From: Elsinoe ampelina
Lineage: Eukaryota
Assembly: GCA_010093995.1 (NCBI GenBank)
Contig: ML992503.1
Location: 1,603,234-1,667,233, forward strand
Length of the DNA: 64,000 nt
Direction: 5' to 3'
Positions 14,122 to 24,683 of the stretch are shown here, one piece after another. Each line of letters starts with the position of its first letter. Within the stretch, counting starts at the first letter, position 1. The translations under genes and the position numbers were made by a program. The notes beneath the pieces were generated by a model that saw only the letters and a list, made by a program, of their open reading frames with translations, was not told the DNA's origin and searched no databases.

Positions 14122-15126
14122 GTCGATGTGTGAAAAAGTGTGATGTAGGAGGAGAAAAGGCGGCCGTTGTTCGTCGTCAAGTATGTAGTGGTATGTACTG
14201 ATCTGTGACAGAAGCTAAAGTCGGACAGGCTGAGGAACAAGCTATACAACAGACCAACGGCAGGGATCCGGGGTGTAAGATGACGGAAGCGAGGAATCTC
14301 GTGCGAGTCGATGGAATTGAGAGAGGATTATATGCCGTGCGATGGTCGATTGTCGGGTTGCTGAGCTATACAGGTGTGCACAGCAAGGACAGGTCGAGGA
14401 CCAATCAGGCGGGCGGCAGGGAAATGTCGAGGCACAAGGAGACTTAATAAAGCACACGCAAGCAGAAGGAAAAGAGGAGCAAAGGAAAAGAAGCGGCACG
14501 TCTTGTGACGATGCCAATTTCTTCAAAGAGTCGACGGAATGCTTGGGGGTGTAGGAGGGAAAGAGGTTTAAGTGGTGAATGTCAAATGTGTCGACGAGAG
14601 CTGTCAAAGTCAAAAAAGCTGCCCGTGTCGCAGTCGGTCCCAGCGTTTACAGTAGCTCCGATTGTGGCAGCAAAAAGAGGTGGACCCTTGGTAACTTTAC
14701 AGGCACCATTAGTCGCAGAAGGAACCTTTTATTAGCTTTGGCTGCTTTTTTAGCTGCCCGGTTAGAGTCTCAACGGAGAAGCAAAGAGGGAACGCCTTGC
14801 TCGACTGGGACTGGTTTGGTTCGTCGGGGAAGCTTCCGGATCATTTGACCACAAGTCATTCACTGTGCAGTATTACATTGAACAGCTGCAGGCGTCTGTC
14901 GCAGTGTCACTGGTTCTGCAGGCTGTGCCACGGCGTGTTTGTGTTCAGAAGTACATCGCTCGCTCGCGTGTCGCCCACCGTCGTCAATCACAAGCCGGCG
15001 CGTGCTGTATCACCTCCTTCAAGCCCCGGTATCCACTCATCATCTAAGGGCACACGGCTCGCAACCCTGAGCAGAATATCGTCTGATCGCCATCTGCATC
15101 GCTCCGCCAGCGACAATCATCGCATC

Positions 15127-16227
15127 ATGGAGAATGTCCAGCAACAACAGCGATCTCCCCTGGATCAGATGCAATTCATCTTCAACAAGGCCGTCAGTGG
15201 CCCAACCTCATCTGCCTTGCACCATCACTGACACCCGACAGCTAGAATGTACTGCCTCGGTCTTTCAAGCCGCCAATCACGGTGGCAATCGCGAGAAAGC
15301 AGCAGCCACCGCCCTCCGACTCAAGCAGATGATCCCAGCTGCCAACGTGCAATTCCACGACGCACTTGACGAGCTTGAAGCAGAGATCGTGCGTCCTCCA
15401 GCCTCAATATGTGTGTCCCTCGAAGCTAATGCTTTCCCCAGATGCAAGCCCGATTCATCCTAAAACAAGAGCTCAGCGCTCTTCGCACCAAACAAGCAGA
15501 TACCTCAACCAACGGCACCAATGGCACCCATCAGCCAGAACCCAGCGACGTCGACATGCCCGACGTGCCACCGCAACCAGACGAGGTCATACTTTCCAGC
15601 GAGACCAATCAGGATCGTACGCTGGGTAATGGCCATGTTCAGAATGAACCGGTAAAGCCCGACGAGCCCAAGGCCAACCTCAACTTGCAGATCGACACCT
15701 CTAGCAAACCGGATGGTTCGGAGGCTGCGGAGCTCACTACGGGCGGCATGAGCACCATGGACTTTGACAGTCTCTTCAACGACCCAAACAGCGCATCAGC
15801 AAGCATCACCGGGTCTCCACCTAAATTGCAGATGACTGAGCCACCAAAGTCAGAGCCAAGTGCCCCAGCACCACCAGCCCAGATGCAAGCACAAGACAAC
15901 AACGAAGATCTCTCCTCTCTTCTTCCTGGTCTAGAATCATATGCCAACGCAGCAGATGATACCATCGACCTGAGCACCCCAGCTCCAGACCCGAAAAAAC
16001 CAGAACCACCTTCCACCCAGCCGCAAAATCAGACTCAAACGCAAACTCAAACCACCGCTACTAACCCCCCTTCCAACAGCGGTGGCTCTCAAGGCGACCA
16101 GAGAGACACCACCTTCGACGACCTCATGAACTTTGCCGATTTCGACCTTGGCAGCTTCGGCGGAGGAGACGGGGACTTTGACGGCAGCGGCACAACCTTT
16201 GACGAGAGCTTCTTCAATGTCGAGTAG
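15127..16227 (+). CDS. Fungal protein with N-terminal helical hairpin and acidic low-complexity tail; possible Mediator tail subunit (Med2/Med3-like), 3 exons
   Basis: MENVQQQQRSPLDQMQFIFNKA|LECTASVF...QFHDALDELEAEI|MQARFILKQELSAL, with introns about 15193-15241 and 15389-15441. Acidic-aromatic motifs MDFDSLF, FDDLMNFADFDL and FDESFFNVE. The Mediator assignment is an inference. Confidence 0.7.
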
Positions 16228-16834
16228 ATCCGGCGTTTGGAGTGCTCTCGTGACGTCCGCTTGGAAATATGGGAGGATCTATTTTATGTCGACGTATTTG
16301 AGAAACCGATAATCAACGTGAATGGAACTACCTTGAACAACCACACATCCCAACCACAATACAAAAGTCAAAACACAACACATCACACACACGAGTCACA
16401 TCACAGTCCCCGAAATCAAGAAAACACACCACAAGCCACTTCACAGGCAAGGATATGTCCTCAGATAGGAGAGCAAAAAAGAGACAGAGTTCCATTGAAA
16501 TCTATCTATACCATCGTCCAGCAAATGCCCACATGATGCACCAGCAGCGCACGAGCGGGGACCCCAGCGGAGTGGAGAGACCAGCTCTCCAGCAAGGGCG
16601 GTGCTGGGGTCCACGCCGGTGGAGCGGCGGGGGCGCTGCTGGTGCCAAAGCGAGGGGGCGCGAGGGGGCGGGGAGGGAGGGGAGGCGGAGGCGGAGGCGG
16701 AGGCGGAGGGGGAGGCGGAAGCGAGGGAGGAGCAGGAGGCGGAAACGGCGGCGGGACCAGAGGCGAAGAACCAGGCGAAAACGGCAGCGACCATCCACGC
16801 CCACGCCCCAGGGAGCATCGCCAGCGACCACCCC

Positions 16835-18280
16835 CTACTGCCTCCCCCCCACCCTCGCCGGCCCCGGCGCCGGACGACCCGTCATGTCCGCGTAGATCCT
16901 GCCCAAGACAGGACCCGTGCGGGCATACGCCAGGTCGCCCTGGAACACCACCTCTCCGACACCGCGGATCATGCCGAGGGGCAAGAGGAGGGCGTGGAGG
17001 GTTGGGTCCGGGTAGAAGAGCGGGAAGCCGGTGCTGGAGCGGCCGCAGGGGAGGGAACGGTTGTCGTGGAAGGTGAGGGTGAGGGTGTGGAGGGAGTGGC
17101 CTCTGTAGAGGGTTTGGGAGAGCTGGGAGAGGATGAACAGCCATTGGCGGTGGCGGAGGATGAGGTGGATGTTGGTGATGGCGCGGAGGGTGGCGTCGGT
17201 GATGAATTGGTTGAGGTCGCAGGTGCCGTGGCGGGGGTAGTTGTCGAGGTCGATGATGAGGGGAGTGGCGCGGAGGGTGGCGAGGTAGAGGCCGGTGGTG
17301 CGACGGTCGATGAGCAGGAGGTTAGGGGTTGAGAGGCGGGGAAGGTGGAAACCGACGTTGGTGTTGGCTTCGTTCATGGCGGCGGAGATGGTGTCGAGAG
17401 ACCTGGATGCAAAGGAGAAGATGCGCTTGCGGATGTCCAAGGGTAGGCGGTAGAAGGGGGAGTGATCTGCTTGCATAGACTCGATCAGACGAGTCTTCAT
17501 GTGGTCGTGGATGTAGCCGGTGATCTTGACTTCGCGGACGCCATGGATGCGAGCGAGGCAGGAGTAGACAGTATTGACCCAGCGACGCATATCGCATTGA
17601 CCGGTGGTGTAGTAGCAATCATCGAAGTGTTTCTTGAGACCCTTGTGGGTGAAGTTGATCTCCAGGTATTCGAGGCGGTGACCAGGGTTGCTGAGAAATC
17701 CCGCGAGAGCTATGAATACGCGGCGGTGTCCGGCGAAGGAGATGCGAAGCTTGGGATCGAGGATATCGTGGCCAACATCAGTGATGACAATGCGACGGAG
17801 ATTGCGAAGAGTAGTCCAGCGGATAAGATGACGGAGCTCAAAGTCGAGGAGACCATGCTGAAGATAGAAAGCCTGGCGACGAAGGACGCTGGATGCCTCC
17901 TGGTAAAGCTGGCGACAAACAAGAAGGACGCTCGGGGTGACACGGTTTGGAGTAGGCTGAGCCACAATGCTGTGCATGGGAGCCAGGAGGATGCGGTCAA
18001 TGAAATGCTCGAGAATGCTGTTGACACCGCCATAGGCATTGGCGAAGACCAGCTTGTAAACCAGGAAACGGATCTCGGTTGGAAGACCGGTGAAGTTGAA
18101 GGTCTGGGAACCGCCAGGTGCAAACTCGTCCAGCGAGACATGCACCATGGCAAGAGAATCAGCACCAGTCTGAGTCGACATGTTTGAAGAAGAAGATGAA
18201 GCTGGTCGAAGCGGATCTGAAGGGAGGAGATGAAGTTGAGAGGGACTGGCTGGTGGGAGGAGAGGACAGTGAGAAGACAT
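16835..18280 (-). CDS. Hypothetical protein made of two tandem F-box-like (2EXR/DUF7730-type) modules
   Basis: Intronless 481-codon ORF; an alternative start is the ATG at 18181 (MSTQTG). Motifs FNFTGLPTEIRFLVYKLVF and PFYRLPLDIRKRIFSF are each followed by an LLxCRQ/LLLIDR segment. Confidence 0.75.
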   Translation of the reverse strand: MSSHCPLLPPASPSQLHLLPSDPLRPASSSSSNMSTQTGADSLAMVHVSLDEFAPGGSQTFNFTGLPTEIRFLVYKLVFANAYGGVNSILEHFIDRILLAPMHSIVAQPTPNRVTPSVLLVCRQLYQEASSVLRRQAFYLQHGLLDFELRHLIRWTTLRNLRRIVITDVGHDILDPKLRISFAGHRRVFIALAGFLSNPGHRLEYLEINFTHKGLKKHFDDCYYTTGQCDMRRWVNTVYSCLARIHGVREVKITGYIHDHMKTRLIESMQADHSPFYRLPLDIRKRIFSFASRSLDTISAAMNEANTNVGFHLPRLSTPNLLLIDRRTTGLYLATLRATPLIIDLDNYPRHGTCDLNQFITDATLRAITNIHLILRHRQWLFILSQLSQTLYRGHSLHTLTLTFHDNRSLPCGRSSTGFPLFYPDPTLHALLLPLGMIRGVGEVVFQGDLAYARTGPVLGRIYADMTGRPAPGPARVGGRQ

Positions 18281-19028
18281 GTTATATCGTGAAGAAGAGT
18301 CTTGATGCTATTGAGCGAGAGAGAATAGATTTGAGGTCTAATTGATGATGTGCTGAGGAAGAATGGTTGACAATGAGATTGTGTGCAATTGAATAAATGT
18401 GAGGAAAGCTATTCACCTTGAGGAGAATATCACAATGTGTGTAAAAAGGTCCGTGGGCTTCACAATGGCTCATCCGAGGATACCAGGCTACAATAGGCAG
18501 ACTACGGCTGCTTCGTTGGCACTTTTGCATGTGCTGCTGTCTTCAATACGGGCACAGCTGTGGTGCACGTGCTCTTCTAGAGCATTCATGGTTACAACAG
18601 GACCAGCAGAATGATGCTGCCATGACACTGTGCGGATGGATGGTCACTTCAAGCGGCCTGGTCCTGGGTAATGAGATGTTGTTGATCGTTGACGGGAATT
18701 CGAAGAGATGAAGTTGTAGGGATCCCAGAGAAAGGGATGATAGAGAGCTTAAGTGGGTCCTTCTGCCCTGCATGACGATGATGCTTCTCGGCGTTTGACC
18801 GAAGAAATTCCAACCCCGCACCTTTGAAGATCCCGCAGACGGCCAACGCCCCGCTCTGTTGGAGAAGGAAGATTGTGAGCTGCCTTGACCCGGCAGATGA
18901 TGTATGCCATGTATATAAGTCCGGCATACCCAATGCTTCCTCCCCGGCTCATACAAGTGATCGCATATGATCCCCGGGAAGCTCCACGAACCTCGCCCCT
19001 CCTGCTAGCTTGAGCAAGCGCCGCCAAC

Positions 19029-20910
19029 ATGTCAGGTTAGCTCAAAAGCCGATGCAATGCGTAGCAGACCAAAGGCTAATACTTTACAGCAAGACACTTT
19101 ATCAATGACCCGAATCACCTTGTCCTCTCCGCTCTCAAATCCGTCACGCTCGCGAACCCTTCCGTCGCCCTCGATCAAGAGAACAAAATCATTTACCTCC
19201 GACCCGGCTCAAAACCTCAGGTATCTCTAGTGTCAGGAGGAGGATCTGGCCATGAACCATCCTTTGCAGCATTCGTTGGGAATGGCCTGCTCTCTGGAGC
19301 TGTCGCGGGTACAATCTTTGCTTCGCCGTCGGCCGAGCAGATCAGAAGATGTATTCTGGAAAGAGTATATTCAAAGCAAGGTGTCCTGGTGATTGTGATG
19401 AACTACACAGGAGACGTACTCAACTTCGGTATGGCTGTCGAGAAGGCAAAGGCAAGTGGGCTGGATGTGGATATGGTGGTAGTAGCGGATGATGCTGGTG
19501 TGGGGAGGCAACAAGGCGGCAAAGTCGGACGGAGAGGTATCGCCGGCACAGTACTGGTCCACAAGATCGCGGGAGCACTAGCTGCTACAGGTGCACCGCT
19601 GCAGGACGTCTCCAAGGTCGCACGTTTAGTCGCTGAGAATGTTGTCTCGATCGGATCATCGCTCTCTCACGTTCACGTTCCAGGGCGTGGTACTGACGAT
19701 GTCGAAGAGCTTGCAGTGGGCGAGGTAGAGGTCGGAATGGGTATGATGGACGTTGTTGCTGAACGGACAGATGCTAATAATAACAGGTATCCACAACGAA
19801 GCTGGTTCCGAGAAGGCCAAGACAGATCTGCCCTCACTGGTTGAGAAGATGCTAAAGTACACACTGGATCAATCAGACAAGGACCGCGCCTTCTCCACAA
19901 TCTCCAAGGGGGATGATGTGGTACTTCTCGTCAACAACCTGGGCGGTGTGAGTCCGCTCGAGCTAGGTGGTATCACCAACGAGGTAGTCGAGCAGTTGGA
20001 GAAGTCCTACGGCATCAGGCCCGCTCGCATTCTGAGCGGCACCTTCATGACCAGCTTGAACGGACTTGGCTTTAGTATCTCCCTCCTCAAGCTGGCCGAC
20101 ACGGGTGTCGGAAAGTCGATGCTCGAGCTGCTCGACTCGCCAGCAGTGGCCAATGGGTGGTCTGCCGCGATTTCGACCAAGACATGGGAGGAGAAGTCGA
20201 CAGCTACCAGAGATGCAGGCAACGCAGGCAAAGTCGAAGCGAAGCCATCCGGAATGACAAGTAAGTCCCAATATCATGCGATCGCGCATGACTGACGATC
20301 CACAGTCGACCTCGAGCAAACAAAGACGGCCCTCGGCGCCGCCCTAGACGCCGTCATCGCCGCCGAACCAGACATCACCAAATACGACACGGTAGTAGGC
20401 GACGGCGACTGCGGAATCGGCCTGGCACGCGGCGCCGAAGCCGTCAAGAAAGTCCTCTCCTCCACCAGCGCCACAGACGCGGCTCTCCTCCTCGACGAAA
20501 TCACCGCGACCGTCGAAACCACAATGGACGGCACATCCGGCGCCCTCTACGCCATCTACCTCAATGCTCTCGCCACCGGTCTCCGCGCACAGTCGGGCGG
20601 ACAAGCGGACAGCAAAGTCTGGGCGTCAGCGGCCAAATACGCATCGGAGAGCATGGGCAAGTACACGCCTGCCAAAGTTGGGGATCGGACACTGGTAGAT
20701 GCGTTGGGGCCGTTTGTGGACACGTTGGAGTCTACTTCGGACGTGAAGAAGGCTGCGGCAGCTGCGGAAGAGGGATCAAACAAGACCAAAGGCATGAAGG
20801 CGTCGCTGGGCCGAACGGTGTACGTGGGTGGGCAGGGGTGGCAGGATGTGCCTGACCCTGGTGCGTATGGGCTTGCGATCTTCTTCAAGGCGCTGGCTGA
20901 AAAGTTGTAA
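19029..20910 (+). CDS. DAK1: Dihydroxyacetone kinase (DhaK-DhaL fusion), 4 exons
   Basis: MS|ARHFINDP...SGGGSGHEPSFA, MNYTGDVLNFG, VGRRGIAGT, GM|GIHNE, YDTVVGDGDCG, MDGTSGALY, GDRTLVDAL, GRTVY and VPDPGA. TATA-like TATATAA near 18912. Confidence 0.96.
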
Positions 20911-21130
20911 ATCATGTCATTTCTTGAATGGGTATCTGCTGCTGACCTCGACGGGGTTTTGATGGCCATTCCTATCTCCTGATGTGAAGATCCCAGACCC
21001 GGTCTGCTCTGAGCATACGCAGACTTGTGACCTCGTGACGTGCCGGCCATCCCATCGTGATAGAATGTGCCTCCGTGATGGCACCCATTACTTTTGTCTG
21101 CATATCGTCCCTCCGTCGCCCATGATCCGC

Positions 21131-21589
21131 TCAACTCAACAGCACCAAAATCACCGAATCACCGCGCAAGAACCTGTCGAACATCAGCATCCCCTTACCC
21201 CTTTTCCTATGTTGCATTACTCACATCTTACTGATAAACCTATCCTTGTTAATCGGCCTCCCCTTCTTCCCCTGCGCATTCGTCGGCGTCTCAGTCCACA
21301 TCTCCTTCACATTCTCCAGCACCATGTTGCAGTGGCGATCAAACGCCTTGACGCGCGCGAGCAGCTTCTTATTATTGCGGCATGAAATGAGCACTTGCGT
21401 GTGTGTGCGCACGGCGGTCTGGAGGATGGAGAGAGGGCCGGTGGTGAATTCGTGTTGTTCGAGTTGGAGGATCTCGAATTCGGTGAGTTCGTTGCGGGGT
21501 TTGGCGAGGAGTTCGCTGGGAAGGGGTCAGCAGGGCATATTGAATAGTAGAGGAGAGATCACATACGGGATTTTGGCGACTTCGGACAT
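21131..21589 (-). CDS. SMD2: Small nuclear ribonucleoprotein Sm D2, 3 exons
   Basis: [52 protein letters not shown]...[21 protein letters not shown]. Confidence 0.97.
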
Positions 21590-21924
21590 GGTGACGGTGG
21601 TTATGAAGAGGTGAGTGCAAGGAGGTGAAATTTATGGGACCTTGAAATGGGAAGCTGAAGTCTGCGCGGAAGGCGGGCCGAAGAGCCGCAGCAGCATATC
21701 AAACGAACGATTGCACCACGATCGCACGAGGCAAGTCAGACTTATGCACAGCCAGGTCAGCTATGCTATCAAGGTTCATCTGATGATGCGTCCTGGAGTT
21801 GATGGGTTCGTAAATGAAACTCGTTAATCTGATGACAACGACGTGTCTCTTCCTTCCATCTCGACGCTACATCGCTACCAGTGCAAGTTCGTCGAATCTC
21901 GTGGTTTCCTACATTACGTGACCA

Positions 21925-23385
21925 CTATTGACGAGACCTCTTCAAAACCCCATCTAAGCCCAAATGGAAGCCCACGGCCAGCAAAGCCAGTATTTGTACC
22001 CCAGCGCAGATTGTGAATGTCCATCCAGTGTCGATGCCTGTGATCATTGGCATGACTATGCTTGTTCCTCCAGCTGCCAGCAGACATCTTGCGAGATTTA
22101 CGCCAGCACTTGCCGCTGCACTCTGCTGCGGGTACACATCCACAGCGTAAGTCATGATGACTGATTGGGTCGAGATGGCAGTCCATCCCGTGACGAAGGA
22201 CGAGACGATTGGTATCGCGATGGGAACATTATACCTGATTGTCCAGCCAAAGAGTATGATCGAGGCAGTCTGTACAAGAGAGAATATGGGAACGAACTCG
22301 AGCCGAGCCGTTCTGAGTCTGGCAACGGGATCATCGCTGTCCTTGACTCCCAATCGGCGATAGTTGAAGTCCAGCATCTTGCCAGTGGTGAAGGTACCGA
22401 CTATTGACCCAACACCATTCGCAATGAACGTCAAGCCGACTTGCGTGATGGACAAGCCGTATCGGGTCTCGAACAGAGTCGACATGGCAGTGATGCTCAT
22501 CTGCCAGATAGCATAATGGATCGCAACGAAAAAGATCAGAGGTGCGACATCTTTCTGAAACAGAACTCGCAGAGGGCCAGTGAAGTCAATATGTTTTGGA
22601 TTGACCTTGGACTGAGTGGGCGAGAACATCACACTGGTGGTCCGTTGGTAGAATGCCAAAGGCCGCTTGGTGAAGGCATCAGGAGCATGACTGCCATTGC
22701 CCACCAGCGAGCGGAGAGTCTCTGGCAGAAAGCAGATCAGGATGACAAGGAATGCAGCGCTGTAGATAGCCAAGAACCAGAAGATGGATCGCCAGCCCAG
22801 TGAGCCAGCGAGAGCGCCTCCTATCACGGGTCCTATGGCAACTGGCACAAGCAGACCTGCTTGGAATATGCCCATGTACCCTCCTCGATTCTCAGCTGTG
22901 GTAATATCGCCGATAACACCGGCACCTATGGCGATAGTGCTTGCACTACCTGTGCTCTGCAGACATCGCAGGACCAGAAGCGTGGCATAGTTCCGAGCCT
23001 CGGCCAGTCCGATGCAGGAGGCAAGGAACACTAGGAAGGTCCCGATGTAGGCCGAGCGTCGTCCCTTGACATCCGAAATCGGTCCCCATAAGCTAGGTGC
23101 TATGGCTTGGAAGATGAGATAGGTCGTAACGGTCAAGTTGATGAGCTCGATGGAAACATTGAAGTCCCTTGCCAGCGTCGGTAGAACGGGAAAATAGATG
23201 TTCGACGCGAAGCCAGAGACTATAGACGTCAGTCTTTGCCTAGAAGTATACACGGAACACTTACATGTGGCGGCTATTGAAACGATAGCAACGATGAGTG
23301 ACCTCTGTCGTGCATCGAAGATGGTATAGGGCTCGGCATGTGGGGCGTCTCGGGCTGATTGGACGGCATCATTGTTTTCAGGCAT
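21925..23385 (-). CDS. MFS drug:H+ antiporter (DHA1/Qdr-like), 2 exons
   Basis: SNIYFPVLPTLA, INLTVTTYLIFQAIAPSLWGPISDVKGRR, RCLQSTG..IGAGVIGDI..ENRG and GWRSIFWFL..PETLRSLVGNG. 45-nt intron at 23220-23264 and TATAAA near 23440. Confidence 0.93.
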   Translation of the reverse strand: MPENNDAVQSARDAPHAEPYTIFDARQRSLIVAIVSIAATCKCSVYTSRQRLTSIVSGFASNIYFPVLPTLARDFNVSIELINLTVTTYLIFQAIAPSLWGPISDVKGRRSAYIGTFLVFLASCIGLAEARNYATLLVLRCLQSTGSASTIAIGAGVIGDITTAENRGGYMGIFQAGLLVPVAIGPVIGGALAGSLGWRSIFWFLAIYSAAFLVILICFLPETLRSLVGNGSHAPDAFTKRPLAFYQRTTSVMFSPTQSKVNPKHIDFTGPLRVLFQKDVAPLIFFVAIHYAIWQMSITAMSTLFETRYGLSITQVGLTFIANGVGSIVGTFTTGKMLDFNYRRLGVKDSDDPVARLRTARLEFVPIFSLVQTASIILFGWTIRYNVPIAIPIVSSFVTGWTAISTQSVIMTYAVDVYPQQSAAASAGVNLARCLLAAGGTSIVMPMITGIDTGWTFTICAGVQILALLAVGFHLGLDGVLKRSRQ

Positions 23386-23617
23386 CACAGATTATGTCCA
23401 TCGTGGTCGAAAACATTGCAAGGGCAATTGCATCCCTTTATATGTATATGAAACAACAATTCGCCATCATGCAGAAGGTAAGGTGACGAATTTGACGATG
23501 CCGCGAGCCTTGAGCCTTGAGCCAATCACCGTGCGTTCTCCAGTCCGGCAGGTCCGACGTTTGGGATGACTGTGCCGAAGCCGGGTTTGCTAGACGTTCT
23601 CGAAGCCTGGTGGTTCT

Positions 23618-24016
23618 TCATACTCCGTGCAAGCTAGAGGCCACTGCATACAGCATGGTGCAGTACTCATCTACCTGCTCGAGCCACTTTTCGATTCTCT
23701 CGCTTTGCCGTCGATGCTCAGACTCACTGCTGTCAGCTGGTAGTGGCCAGAGTTCATTGATCTGTAGAGGCTTGGGCTGCCATTCTCGCATACTGTCATC
23801 GTGGTCTATGTGCTGGATCTGCATCGCTCCGAGTCCCTCCATAGTGCTGGCGGTTTCTTGAACCTGTCCATTGTTCGCTGTGATGCTGTACACACACCGC
23901 AAATCCCGGTCGACACAGCGGGTACAGCGCTCGGCCTTGCGATCACATTTAGACTTTGCGGCTTTGCATGGTATACAGACCTTTCGCCGGGATAATGCGT
24001 AACGAGGGCGTTTCAT
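23618..24016 (-). CDS. Short Zn2Cys6 (GAL4-type) DNA-binding protein, possibly truncated
   Basis: RRKVCIPCKAAKSKCDRKAERCTRCVDRDLRCVY matches Cx2Cx6Cx6Cx2Cx6C. Only 132 codons with no C-terminal regulatory domain. Confidence 0.75.
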   Translation of the reverse strand: MKRPRYALSRRKVCIPCKAAKSKCDRKAERCTRCVDRDLRCVYSITANNGQVQETASTMEGLGAMQIQHIDHDDSMREWQPKPLQINELWPLPADSSESEHRRQSERIEKWLEQVDEYCTMLYAVASSLHGV

Positions 24017-24084
24017 GGATCATGGTGGTGGATGGGTGAATCAATATGCAGAGTGGTTTTGTAGGGCCCCCTTGACCAGATGCA

Positions 24085-24610
24085 ACGCGTGAGGTCATCG
24101 ACCATGCGAGTCATTGGACTTCCCGATTGGGAGCTCAAAGTGGACCCTCATTGTCGGGAGCATGTATTTCTGTGTTCATTTAGAATCATCTCTCTTGAAT
24201 TCATGATTCAAGTAATGGAAGCGTGATTGTCCTTCCATATCATATCAGCGATAGTAGTACTCCGCAATAATGCTGTCAACGGCGGTGGTCGTGCGGCGAA
24301 CGTCACCGTCGCGGGAGCATTTTGCTGTTCCGCCCGAGCTCAGCTCCAAAAGCCAAAGCCAAAAGCCAAAAAGTCACGACGCGCGGGTTTTGCGGCTCCG
24401 GCGCGTCCAGCACAACCACGACATTCTGCTTCTCGCCCACGCCCACACTTCCAGCCTTTCATACAACACTGTGCTGCACCTCTCCGCAGGTCGAGGACCT
24501 TCTCCTCTCCTTGTCATATGACTCAGCATTCACTGGACTTTCACGTGTATCCACTAATTAAGCGTCCTTCTCTTCTAAACTCTCCGCATCATCTCGGTTG
24601 CTAGACGCGC
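24085..24610 (+). promoter_or_regulatory. MCB-like (ACGCG/ACGCGT) elements upstream of AMS2
   Basis: ACGCGT at 24085-24090, GACGCGCG near 24378, GGCGCGT near 24400 and ACGCG near 24606. Confidence 0.35.
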
Positions 24611-24683
24611 TGGTCTCCAGGAATGCCACGATTACAACCTCACTAATCCTTCTTCCTCTTGCCTCGTTTGGCTGTCATCGACC

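Noticed and set aside
16441..16834. Poly-proline frame after the F-box-like gene, suggesting a frameshift at a G7 run
   Set aside because: All three frames are open because of extreme GC skew in this island, so the poly-Pro is explained by composition.
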